Positions 11,542-22,600 of a DNA stretch of 64,000 nt are shown piece by piece. Source of the DNA: Sporopachydermia quercuum (taxonomy: Eukaryota); NCBI GenBank assembly GCA_001599295.1, contig BCGN01000007.1, positions 919,791 through 983,790 on the forward strand, in the 5' to 3' direction. The notes beneath the pieces were generated by a model that was not told where the DNA came from, searched no databases, and worked only from the letters and a program-made list of their open reading frames with translations. Numbering within the stretch: the stretch's first letter is position 1; each line of letters starts with the position of its first letter. Both the position numbers and the translations under genes were made by a program.

Positions 11542-13162
11542 GTATGTCACTATTTGCTACGGCAATAGGAAACAGGAAAAGGAAACAGAATCATAGGAGA
11601 CTGTACAAAATGCAGTTGCAGTGCTTGAAGATATTTTGAAAGGATCCACGACCTGATATGGACATTGATGGCGATAAAGTGTTGAGGGAAACAGGCGAGC
11701 TAATGCTACTGCTAGTAGTACTATTGGTTAACTGTAGTACTATTGATTAACTGCTACAGATATCAGTGAAAGCAGCATTCCATCTACCATGAGCCCTAAC
11801 TGGAAGTTCAGATGTATCTGTTTTAACGTGTAAGTGCCAAAGAAGATGCTGACGTTTCATCATCAGTGTATCAGCAATCACAGTGTATTACTTCCTTCGA
11901 TCCGTCATGGTTCATCAAGCAACCAAAAGAGTCTTTCTTTTCTCTCTCAGAACAATATTCAGTACCAGATATTTCCGTTTTATAAAGTGTATTCACTGGA
12001 AGTCATTGAACTCTGCTGACAGTAATTTAGTCGAAAAGAGGAAGACGAAGAAACACATCAATAAGTTGATGATCAGCTAGTTGTGTTTATCCGAGCTCTA
12101 CTTGTTAAATCCTACATAGATGTCCGCAATTTGGCGGCAACGTTGATTTCAGTATGATTATATGATAGAGGGTAACCTATTCTTATAATGCTAGCTGTTA
12201 GGACAGAATATGTAGGAGAAATCGTTGGTTTCGTTTGATGGCTTGGTGAGAGCTTTACCTATTCTGCCGTTGGTGTCAACACTCATAAGCATTATATTCC
12301 AACGACTTAGAGTCTCTTCCAGCCTTTCATTTATAATGAAAAACATCGAGGGAAGAAAGCAATAACATAATTAATAATTAGAAGATCAGTTTGTTTCTTT
12401 GTTTTGTTTCTAATGAAGGCTGACGGCGTGAAATAGCATACTCCTTTGTATGCTTCAGTTTTGCTGCTAATTTGCTGCTAGTCAGTATATACTTATGTAT
12501 CAGTCTGTAGACAGATGATGTACATCTTTTTCATATGTTTCAAATAATCATATGCAGTACTCAGTAGTGGCATATTTAACAGCAGGAGCATCGAATGGAG
12601 AGCGATCCAAAAGGTGATTTCGAGGGTCAAAAGCCAAGAATCACCAGTCTTTACTGGCCTATTCTTGAATGATATCATCAAATAGGTTAAGGGAACTAAC
12701 GGCCCAACGATAGCATCGGCACCAGAACTCCAGTCCTGAATACCAAAGGGATTGGTATACATAGAAGTATAACTGGAATAATGGGAAATCGGCTTAGCTT
12801 CCAAACAATCGTGCAAATCTACTGAACTTGACTTATTAAGCTTCAACTGCTGTTATCAGACTGCACTCTTTAGTCAGAAAGATGGAGGAAAGTCATAAAT
12901 AGAAATAACTAGTAAAATGCATTTTCTTTTCCTATCATTCATCGCTAGAATTAATATATAATTATTATAATTAAATTGGCATGATTATGGTAACTATGAT
13001 AATTATTACATTAAATGCTCGTGATCTCACTATCAGATAGTTCCCAGGTCTCCTACTACAGTGAACAGGCACCCGGACCGATTTCGCTGTGCCAGTTCTT
13101 TTCTTGTTTCTCGGCCGTTCTTATTCGGTTCACAATCACCACCCGGAAATGTATTAAAGGCA

Positions 13163-15463
13163 CTAAATGCCCATATGCAATAGAATCTGTTTCTTCTGCT
13201 TTCTTTTCTTCTTTCCGTCGTTTCCCGTTCCACTATCGTTTCCGCTTTCAGTTCCGTTATCATCTCCGGCTCCGGTTGATTTGACCCACGGATTTCCTGC
13301 TGTTACAACCGGCTGCTTCACCACCGGCTGATACTTCTTGGTTTTCGCCAGAACAGGGAAGTCCGTATCAGATAACGAAGCCGAGGCCGACGGCCGGGTT
13401 TGATAGGCATAACCAGCTAATGAATTCAGGGAGGTTGTCGATGATGCAGTGGAAGAAGTAGAGGATCTGATATTGGACAAACTGCCGTAGCTGCCATAGC
13501 TGTTATTACTACTACTGCTAGCAGTATTAATGGTAGGATTAGCGCTAATGGTTCTACCCTTAGCGCTACCAACTGTCGACCAGTTGGATTTACTAGCGTT
13601 TGAAGCAGGTGTTTTCGTCGTTAAAGGTGCAGCTATCTTAATGGATTTCACTGGTTTCACGGCAGAAATCACACTTCTGGTATTCTTGCTTCCGCTTCCG
13701 CTTGATCTTAATGCAGGAAAATCAGCATCTCCAAGCCGAGCTTTCCCTGCTCTACCCGTAACAGGATTTATACTGCTGCTTCCGCTCTTATTACTCTGAG
13801 CGCGTCCTAATGACTGTAGAGAAGGAGCTGAAGAAGCAGCCGGGCCAGTTTTCTTCAAAGCAGGGAAATCATTCATACTAGGGACTCTGACACTGCCAGA
13901 AGTACCATAGGAGACTCTAGGAACACCTACATTTGTACCAGAAGAAGATCTGGATAAAGACGGGAACATTTCGGCAGCAGTAGTGGAAGAAGCCATCGAG
14001 ATCCGCATGATTTCATCAGAAATATCCTGCCTTTTGCTTGAACTCTGCGCGTATATTTCGCAGAGATCATGTAATAGTAATTCGATATCGGCTTCTTTGC
14101 TAGTAAATAATTGCCTATATTGGTCGACCAATTGCCGAGCTGTGGCTTTGCCGGCTTTGAAATCGGCATTGATTTTAGTGAATTCCTGGAAAGGAACTGT
14201 GGCGTAGTGTAGATAATGCTTGGCCCTTTCGTTCAACCTTCTTTGCCGAGTTTCCAGAGTATTAGCCTCCATTTCAGAGTTTAGATCCGTCAGCGAGTTA
14301 TTCACGGAAGACATATCCATAGTAGAAAGCCGAGATCGGAATCTTCCCGAGTTTGCACCAGAATGGTTATCCGATCCGAAACCTGGCATATCCGTGGCAG
14401 CCACAGTGAGTAATTTGCTAGACATTCCGTGTTCCGTTACCCGATGAGCTTGTAAATCAAACTCTGTCTCAAACACGACAAATTTCTTATCCAAACACGA
14501 TTGCGCAGTACAAGCAAAATGTTTTGACTTAAAATGCTGGAATAACTCGTCATAATCTCGGTAAAAATTCTTAATACCCTGGTTCCGCTCCCGAGCGCAG
14601 ATATGACATTTCTCATGTCGATCCCGCATATGCACATATAATTCATCATCAGAATAGAACATGGAATCGCAAAAGGGACACGTCGGATGTCCTGGGAACC
14701 CTTCGGAATCCCCGCGGACCTGATGGATATTCAATTGCTTACCATTATACAGTTTGAGCTCCCGAGGAAATGAATGCTTGAACTTGGCACATAGTAAACA
14801 GTACATTTTATAATGAACTTTCTTCACGTGTTTGCTGAGATCCTGAAAAGTGGAGAAAATCTTGCCGCAGCTTTGGAAAGGACATTTGTTTTCTAATAGT
14901 TGAAAAGTAGCATCGTAAGCGTTGTGGGAGCTGAAATCTATTCCGTACTCATCGTCCCGAACGGCAAATTCCTCGGGATAGAAATCCGAGTATTGTTTAT
15001 CCGTGCCGAGCTTGACGTCAAAAATGACCACCCGTTCGTTTTCGGTCCGGCAAATAAGACAGTTCTTTTTCTTATAAAGAGCTCTCATGCGAAAAGTGCA
15101 GGTGTGGCATGTCATATGGTTGCATTGTGAGATGGCGCAGTATTTCAGTTTGCTGACGCAAATAATACAAGTTTCATCGGATGTATCTACATCGGCTAAC
15201 GGTACGGCAGTAGATGCAGATGTGGATGTAAGTTCGGTTCGTTCGGCTGTAGATTCGGAACCAGAACCAGAATTTCCGTTCATATCCGAGTTCGCCTTGC
15301 TGTCGGATTGTCTATCTGAAGATCTTCCGTTAGGCACGCCATGTTTAGACTTGTTGTTGTTGCCGTTCCGTTTGTTCCGAGATTGGGATTTTCCCCGTGA
15401 GTCGGAAGCAGTAGGGGAAGCAGTAGAATTGTCGGCAACAATATTTGTAGAAAAATCAGCCAT
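13163..15463 (-). CDS. HEL2: RQC-trigger RING E3 ubiquitin ligase Hel2/ZNF598; likely start MADFS at 15463 (an in-frame upstream ATG lies at 15535)
   Basis: RING CIIC...CNHMTCHTCTFRMRALYKKKNCLICRT, C2H2 fingers, GFPGHPTCPFC, HMRDRHEKCHIC, basic C-terminus KKKRKQKKQILLHMGI. Confidence 0.92.
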   Translation of the reverse strand: MADFSTNIVADNSTASPTASDSRGKSQSRNKRNGNNNKSKHGVPNGRSSDRQSDSKANSDMNGNSGSGSESTAERTELTSTSASTAVPLADVDTSDETCIICVSKLKYCAISQCNHMTCHTCTFRMRALYKKKNCLICRTENERVVIFDVKLGTDKQYSDFYPEEFAVRDDEYGIDFSSHNAYDATFQLLENKCPFQSCGKIFSTFQDLSKHVKKVHYKMYCLLCAKFKHSFPRELKLYNGKQLNIHQVRGDSEGFPGHPTCPFCDSMFYSDDELYVHMRDRHEKCHICARERNQGIKNFYRDYDELFQHFKSKHFACTAQSCLDKKFVVFETEFDLQAHRVTEHGMSSKLLTVAATDMPGFGSDNHSGANSGRFRSRLSTMDMSSVNNSLTDLNSEMEANTLETRQRRLNERAKHYLHYATVPFQEFTKINADFKAGKATARQLVDQYRQLFTSKEADIELLLHDLCEIYAQSSSKRQDISDEIMRISMASSTTAAEMFPSLSRSSSGTNVGVPRVSYGTSGSVRVPSMNDFPALKKTGPAASSAPSLQSLGRAQSNKSGSSSINPVTGRAGKARLGDADFPALRSSGSGSKNTRSVISAVKPVKSIKIAAPLTTKTPASNASKSNWSTVGSAKGRTISANPTINTASSSSNNSYGSYGSLSNIRSSTSSTASSTTSLNSLAGYAYQTRPSASASLSDTDFPVLAKTKKYQPVVKQPVVTAGNPWVKSTGAGDDNGTESGNDSGTGNDGKKKRKQKKQILLHMGI

Positions 15464-16351
15464 TTTACTTTGCAGGACAATTTCGTAATAATTTCGTGTT
15501 TGTACAGAATTTTCTTTTCTTAATAGGAAAGTCATAAGACACAGACACGAAAAACTATATAGCGAGAAAACGTAAAATAGCGCACAGTGCGTCTAATTGC
15601 TGTCTACTACTTATAAGCAAGATATGTTTTCTACTATTATGTTAGCGAAAAGACAGAATCATGTTTATGTATTGCCAAAAAGCTCGTTGAAGATCCAGGC
15701 AAATGAAAATTCACTGACTAAAAAAAAAAAGATTGTGTTTTGATGAAACAAAATAACGGAAATGATAATTGAGAACTTGCAATGTGTGGGTAAGTCTGGA
15801 GATGAAATGAAGGACTGATACACAGGGTTTGATACATGATTAAGAAAGAATTCTACATAATAAAATAAACTTACTCTAAATGATAACATATTTTTGCAAT
15901 TGAGGATTTTCTGTAAGAATTTCTACCCTCATTCAGTGTATCTCTTCTTTTCCGTCTCCTCTCTGCTTTCGTCATTTATCTTACTTTTAATCTCCGTTTT
16001 CTTTTATTACGGAAATGATAGAAACGTTTTTGTCACATGTTTCCATATTGGGTATTTACAACCTTCAATCAACCCAAAATAGTCCGCCTTGCCAGATGGA
16101 AATCGGAAACAATATGCAACTCAATAATAATCTCCGCCCCTCCTAACATAGTGTCCGAGATTTCCTGTATTATCTCCATTATTCCGTATTGTCTTTCTCG
16201 CACTTAAATCAAGTCTTCCTCGGCATTCACTCCGTCTTTATTTCTCGGATATTCTTTATAAATTCGGAAATTTTCACTATTGACCATAATTCTCAGACTT
16301 GATTAATCTAGTTTCAAAATATTGTAGCTTTTTCCTTGATTGTCACCTAAA

Positions 16352-18095
16352 ATGAACGTAAGTGCAACAGTCAATGTCTTTAGACTGCTGTTCAATCCTT
16401 CATTGGCCATTCCTCATTTAACGGTATCATCGTTTGATAAAATCCCAATTCCTGTGACAATTCCTGCTCACCTGAATAAGGGAATTAATGGCGATTATGC
16501 GAATGAAAAGGATGAGTTGCGAATTACTAGAAATATCAAGGTATTGGTCTTAGATAAGGATAACTGTTTTGCATATCCACATGATGACAAAGTGTGGCCA
16601 GCTTATGAGGTATGTACTGATTGATTGGAGAAAAAGGAAGAATAGTAAATGGTATAAACTGGAATGCCCAAGAGGAAATGACGCAAAAAATCATAAGTCA
16701 GGGAATATTAGTAGGAATGTGGGGAATTGGAATGTATGAATTGTATGAAATGATGGAACCAAAATGGTAGAATCAAAGAGATAGCAGGGACAACCATTAT
16801 TTGATATGATCTTGTACTATTGCAAAGCAGTTCTTAGTACTGTGGCTATTATTGTTATTATTACTTTTATTGCTGCAAGTATTAATATGCTTATGTTTAC
16901 TATTCCTAATAGCTCTTACTGTAATTGCTATCACTCGGTTAATTCTGTCATTTGATAATGACAGAATTGAATTCAAATTTTAGGCAAATTGCTATAAAAT
17001 CTAGCAGCAGCGAGTATTCTGTTTATTAGAAAATATTTTGACATCACGATATCAAATGATATTGTAGCTGAAGGCAAGTCATCATATTTCAATAAAGAGA
17101 GTCATTCAACTCCAAGAAGCATGAAATCATTCTGAAAATAGACATGATAAATGGTTGATGGCAGGAATTCAACAACCAGATTAGTTTTAGAAGACTGGCG
17201 ATAAATGAATGGTACTATTTGAATTATAGTAATAAGAACTGCCGATATTGATGATAGCAATATATAATAAAAGAGCAAACCATAGGGGTTGAGAGGGAAT
17301 GATGTTTCCTTTGGTATCGAAATAGCAAATCACTGTTTTTGATATGCTCTGAAATATTGGGACTTCTGTTGATTGTACTGGCTTTGTTTTACTGTTGATG
17401 TTATCATTGATTATCGCTTTCTTGTTGCTTTGTCGTTCTTTCTATAGTCATTCTGGCGGAAGTTGTTCATTTGCACAATCAATGTATTATTTCCATTATT
17501 TCCATTATTTTCTCCGAGTTTTTGTTATAGTATCCTCACTTGCGCTTATTATGTCCGCTTTGTGGTTCATGCTATCCGATATTTGCTCCATCTTCTCCGG
17601 TTTATCTTGTATCTACCAGGTTCTTCTTATCTTTCTTAGCCCTCTTACCCCTCGTTACTAACACTCTTTTAGTCCTACTTCTCATCCCTGAAATCTCATT
17701 ATACCCCGCAAAGACTCCTCATTGTTTCAAACTCAGCAGGAACAAATGACGACCCAAACCATTCCCAAGCATTAGCACTGGAGCAATCAACAGGCATTCC
17801 TGTTCTGAGGCACTCGACAAAAAAACCCGGCTGTTATAAAGACATAATTGAATATTTTAAAACTCGGGGTATGATTGAAGATGCCAGTGAAATAGGCATA
17901 ATTGGAGATCGGTTATTTACGGATGTGTTGATGGCTAATATGATGGGTGCATGGAGCATTTGGGTTCGGGACGGAGTTAAAGTTTCAGAGAGTTTGATAT
18001 GTAAGTTTGAGCGGTCCTATGCGGGCTGGTGGAGTTCGCGAGGGGTCAAGGCTCCGGTTCCGGTTTCCGGAAGTTCCGGTTCGCGAAGAACATAA
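16352..18095 (+). CDS. GEP4: Mitochondrial phosphatidylglycerophosphatase (HAD family); exons 16352-16609 and 17673-18095
   Basis: MNVSATVNVFRLLFNPSL, HAD motif VLDKDNCFAYP, IVSNSAGT, VLRHSTKKPGC, IIGDRLFTDVLMANMMG; intron GTATGT(16610)...TACTAAC(17656)...TAG(17672), phase 0. Confidence 0.92.
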
Positions 18096-19660
18096 ACTGT
18101 GCCGGAACAGAACGGAGCAGAGCGGAAATTGGAGTAATGGCTTGGTAAAGGTTCTTCTAAGGTTGACTTCCGCAGTGTTTGTGAGATTTGGACAAATGCG
18201 GGATATAAGTCGATAAACGGATAAACGGCTCTAATTGTGTGCCGAAATGCACTGGAAGGCGATGTAATTAAAATTAATTTGCTCCGAACAGTAGAGTTCC
18301 TGATATCGGATATCATACTTATGATGGAATGACAACACCGAGACAAAGCGGAAATAACATAGGGACTCTAAGCCGAGGATTTTCCCTTTTTAAGGTTGAT
18401 TTACTCAAAAAGGAATATTACCGAGATATCGACAAAAGAGTTTTCCTTAAATGAAACAAATTTCAGATTATTGTAGGGTTTTTCTGCGATCATTCTCCGA
18501 TTGTTCTCCGGTTAATCCTAACCGGGATTAGTAACGATGAAGGTCATGATGAAGGTCGATCTGAAAAAGATTCATTCTCACAGAACTGGAAAATATGGAA
18601 AACTCACTTCTTTATTCCTAAACAATTGCCTTGGAAGGTCTTTGAAAGCGGCTACTGTTAATTCAACTCCATCATTGCATTATATATCCTATAAGCTTAT
18701 GGTTATATAACTATTCTATAAATGGAGCATTTATCAACTACATAACTTACGATGAATCCGACGATAATGCCACAATAGATTGCATTNATCATTGCAATCA
18801 AGCAGTCAAATACCAAACGAATAAAACACTTTACAATAATTAATGGCCAATTAGATATTTACACATTCACATATTTACATTTTACATATTACATCTTACA
18901 TACTGTTGTATATCTAATTATCAAATTATCAATAGTATTTGTTATTTGCTACAATTAATGAACAGTATTCGTTCAATTGTTACTTTATGTTTTGTTGCTC
19001 GTGGCACCATTTACTTACATTAATGACATTAATTATTACAACGAAGTACATTACACACCAATCACATATATGAATACCACAATAAGTAATTATTGTCACT
19101 CACATTAATTAGCCCGAATCACAAATTACACTAACTAGCTACATTAATTAGTTTTTGCATAGCATTTATAAAACAATACAATACAATTATTCTAATAAAT
19201 ACAGTTTAAATATAATAAAATAAAATAATAGCATGAAACAAACGATAAATAAGAAATAAATAATAACATGAATGACATAAGTAACAATGCATTTTAGTGT
19301 CAATTCTTAATACTAAGAACAAACAAAACAATCATAGAAATAAGCAGAAATTCAATCAAATCTCATCAGTAATCTAATATTTCCTTCCTTCCTCTTATTT
19401 GTTGGCATAAATGATTTTTGCTGCAACGATAATCCTATCCTCATTAACATAAATAGCATAAATTGACGATAATTGACTATAACAAGCGTGGGCAACTATC
19501 AGCATGAACGCAACAAGTATTATCAGAGAATAAAACCACTTTTATGTTGATTATCAAATGCATAAAACGGCAAATTATAACCAGTTAAATGAAAGAAAAA
19601 ACAACCATTTCCAAGATTATATGTACCTTCTCAGAAATATTGAACGTTTTCTTTCCTATC

Positions 19661-22600
19661 CTACAAAAATGGCATCCACAACGCATCGGCCATTGCCAAA
19701 TTGCGGGAATTCGTAGCTTGGGAGATTAACTCCAAAACGGTTTGATTGGCAACATTTCCATTACCGCTGCTCACATGACCAACTGCTGAAACCTTCTTGA
19801 GGACCAAATCACAGTTAATTCTCACCAATTCTCTCAACTGCGCGTCTTGGGCACTTGCTCTATGGGTTTGCGTAAACCAGGAGATTATTTCGTCCCGGAT
19901 AAATAAGCTGAGGAACTGCTCGATTTCAAATTCCGGAGGAGATAAGCATCTTCCTAAGGTGAACATGAAAACGGAGAAGATACCTTGCATTCCCGAAGTG
20001 CCCATTAAGGTTTGCAGGTTAGGAGTTAACCGGAACGGTACAGGTTCCATGTTGGTAAAAACAGGGGGTCCGTTCCGAGCTTGGGCGGAAATGCACGGCA
20101 GCATATCCGAGACCCAGCAGTCACCTGATTTCTCGTCAATATGGATTTTCAAAGGATGCCGAGCCACAATGGATAATAAAAACGTGGCGAAGGCAACTGT
20201 GGCGTACTGAGACGTGAATTGTTTTCGGAATAGCCAGAAATCTTCAAAACTGCGGAAACGATCCATGAAATAGTCCCGAACTGTAGTTTGAGGTACAAGC
20301 AACGCCTGAATAGCGGAAAGGATCTCGACTCGGATGCTTGCCACGTCTGGTTTCGGTAATCTAGGGTCAAATGCAGCCCGGAGCTTTTCAACCGACATCA
20401 CAAACGGCTCATCTCGGTCCCGATTAGTAGCTCGGCACCGGTCTTCGTATATATTCTGCAGAGTAGTGAAATCAGGCGAATCCGAGACAACCCGGATATG
20501 CGGAGACAGCGGAATAGCAATCGGTACACTAAACTGTAAGTTTCGCTTCCGAGACTCGCACTGAGTGTCCAGCGTGTCGTTAAACACTCGGAACAGCTGC
20601 AAAACGCGTTCTTCTCGTCGGCAATGCCGAGCTGCGGGAAACTGAACTGCCAGTGGATGAATTGAACCGTCGTGGCCCCGAATGGTAAGCCGTTTGTAAC
20701 AGGCGTTAGGTCCTCGCACAAGCCCAACTTGAGGCATAAACCGCTCAATCTTAATAAAATGGGCATTAGTGTCCTTGTTGAGTAAGTACTGGCCTGGGAC
20801 CTCGATATCCTCGAATTTCTGATGATGGAATTCCGACAAATGCGGGCATAGACTTTCCAGATTCAGTTTATGGTTCCGACGGTCCAACCGAGCCTCTAAC
20901 TTGCTGCGCCACACCCGAAGTTTCCGGGTATACATTTCCAACCTGGGCTTCGGCTTCAGCAAATCCTCTTCAAACGCTGTTTTCAGATGCTTCGGAAGCA
21001 CTGTGTCGGCAAACCGCATCACATTCGCTTCCGTTGCCGCCGGTAACACCGAATCTTCGCGAGGATTTGGCGACCGGCTCGTATAATGAATAGCATCATT
21101 AAGCAAAGCCACCACAAGCCGGTACGCGTCTTCGTCGGAAGAGCATTTGAACCTTAAGCTTATTTGGTCCACCATTGACTCTAAAGAGAGAGCTAAGAGC
21201 GGGAAAGCCGTTTTAAGTATACCCATAATTTCCTCCACGTATTCCCACGGTTGTCTTGATGCCGAATTGGGGTTATTACCCGTCGTACTCTGGCCGGACT
21301 GCGGTTGGGTCTGGGTTAGCGATTGCGGAGACGATGCGGGGCCCGAATTTCCTGGGTTATTTCCGGAGTTATTGTTTCCGGAGTTGGCATTTCCGGAATT
21401 ACCCGCTCCCGAATTGGCATTATTGGCCCGCTGCTGTGCCACATTCAGCGCCTGGCGTTGAATCACAGCGTAATCCTCTTTAGTTGTCCGCAATTGGAAA
21501 TGCAGAGCCTGTGGATATGCCTTGGCTATCCGAATTAGGACATGCCGCACCAGCCGGGCCTCTTTATGCGACAATGACGTCAACAGCTGCGGAATAAACG
21601 TCGTCCAATACCAAACGGGAGTTTCCCCGCGGAAAGACTCAAAAGCATAGGCTAACGATCCCTTTGCGTCATCCAAGGAGATGAACCATAGAATACGGCT
21701 TAGCAGTCGGCGTGTTTTGCCGCTTTTGTACAGTCCGGCCGCTTGCAAATAGCAAGAAATGGCCGAATTACCCGCTGCGTAGTCATTAGGGTTTTCCTTG
21801 AACCGTTTGTCGTTAAAAAAGCCCCACTCGGCCCAGGCTTTAGCCAAATTGAGATCGATTTGTACTGCGGTGGCAAAAGCTTGGTTAGCTTCGTCTGGCT
21901 GGCCCAATTTTGCAAGAAACATACCCTTTAGGGTGAAAAACTCCGCCTTTTGGGGCGCAGCAAAATACACTAAATTGGTATTGCTAATAACGTCCAATCC
22001 GGTGTGTAACTCAGCCGCATTATTATAGTGGCATTCTGCCTGTTCTCGGAGCTTTAAAAACGCCTCCTGGATTTCTATGTTGGGTAAAGTGTAGATTTTC
22101 GTCAGTTGCGCCACACACACTTCGGGCATTCCGTGCTTCCGCGCCACATGGGCAAACCGGTTGATTACCCAGGCAATTTCATGATACCCGCGGAACGCAT
22201 GCGAGTTATTAGCCGCGGCTCCTCCGGCTCCGTTGCCTGATCCAGCTCCACCGGCGCCATTTCCTGCTCCGCCGGCCCCGCCGGCTTGTAAAGCGGGGAT
22301 AAACTGCATGTAAACCTTATTCACGACGCCAAACGCATGCTGCCGCCATGTGACCAAATCGTTCCACAAATTTATGTCCTCGTACAAATTAGGCAACCGT
22401 TCCCGCCACGCTTGAAGTACCCGTTTCAGCTCTTGCGATTTCGCCTCCAGATTAGTCGCGGTTGTAGTTCCCAATGTAGTATAAACTTGCGAAGCCTCCA
22501 TAAACTCCACATACTGCTGAAACACGTGCAGCAAAGGCACATGAGCCTGCATCATCCGGGCAGGGAGAACCTGCCATTTCCGCAGCGCAAGCTGAATACC

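Noticed and set aside
12493..12846. 117-aa minus-strand ORF or pseudogene between PEX10 and HEL2
   Set aside because: Non-ATG start and no recognisable motif in the frames I read; cannot be supported without a search
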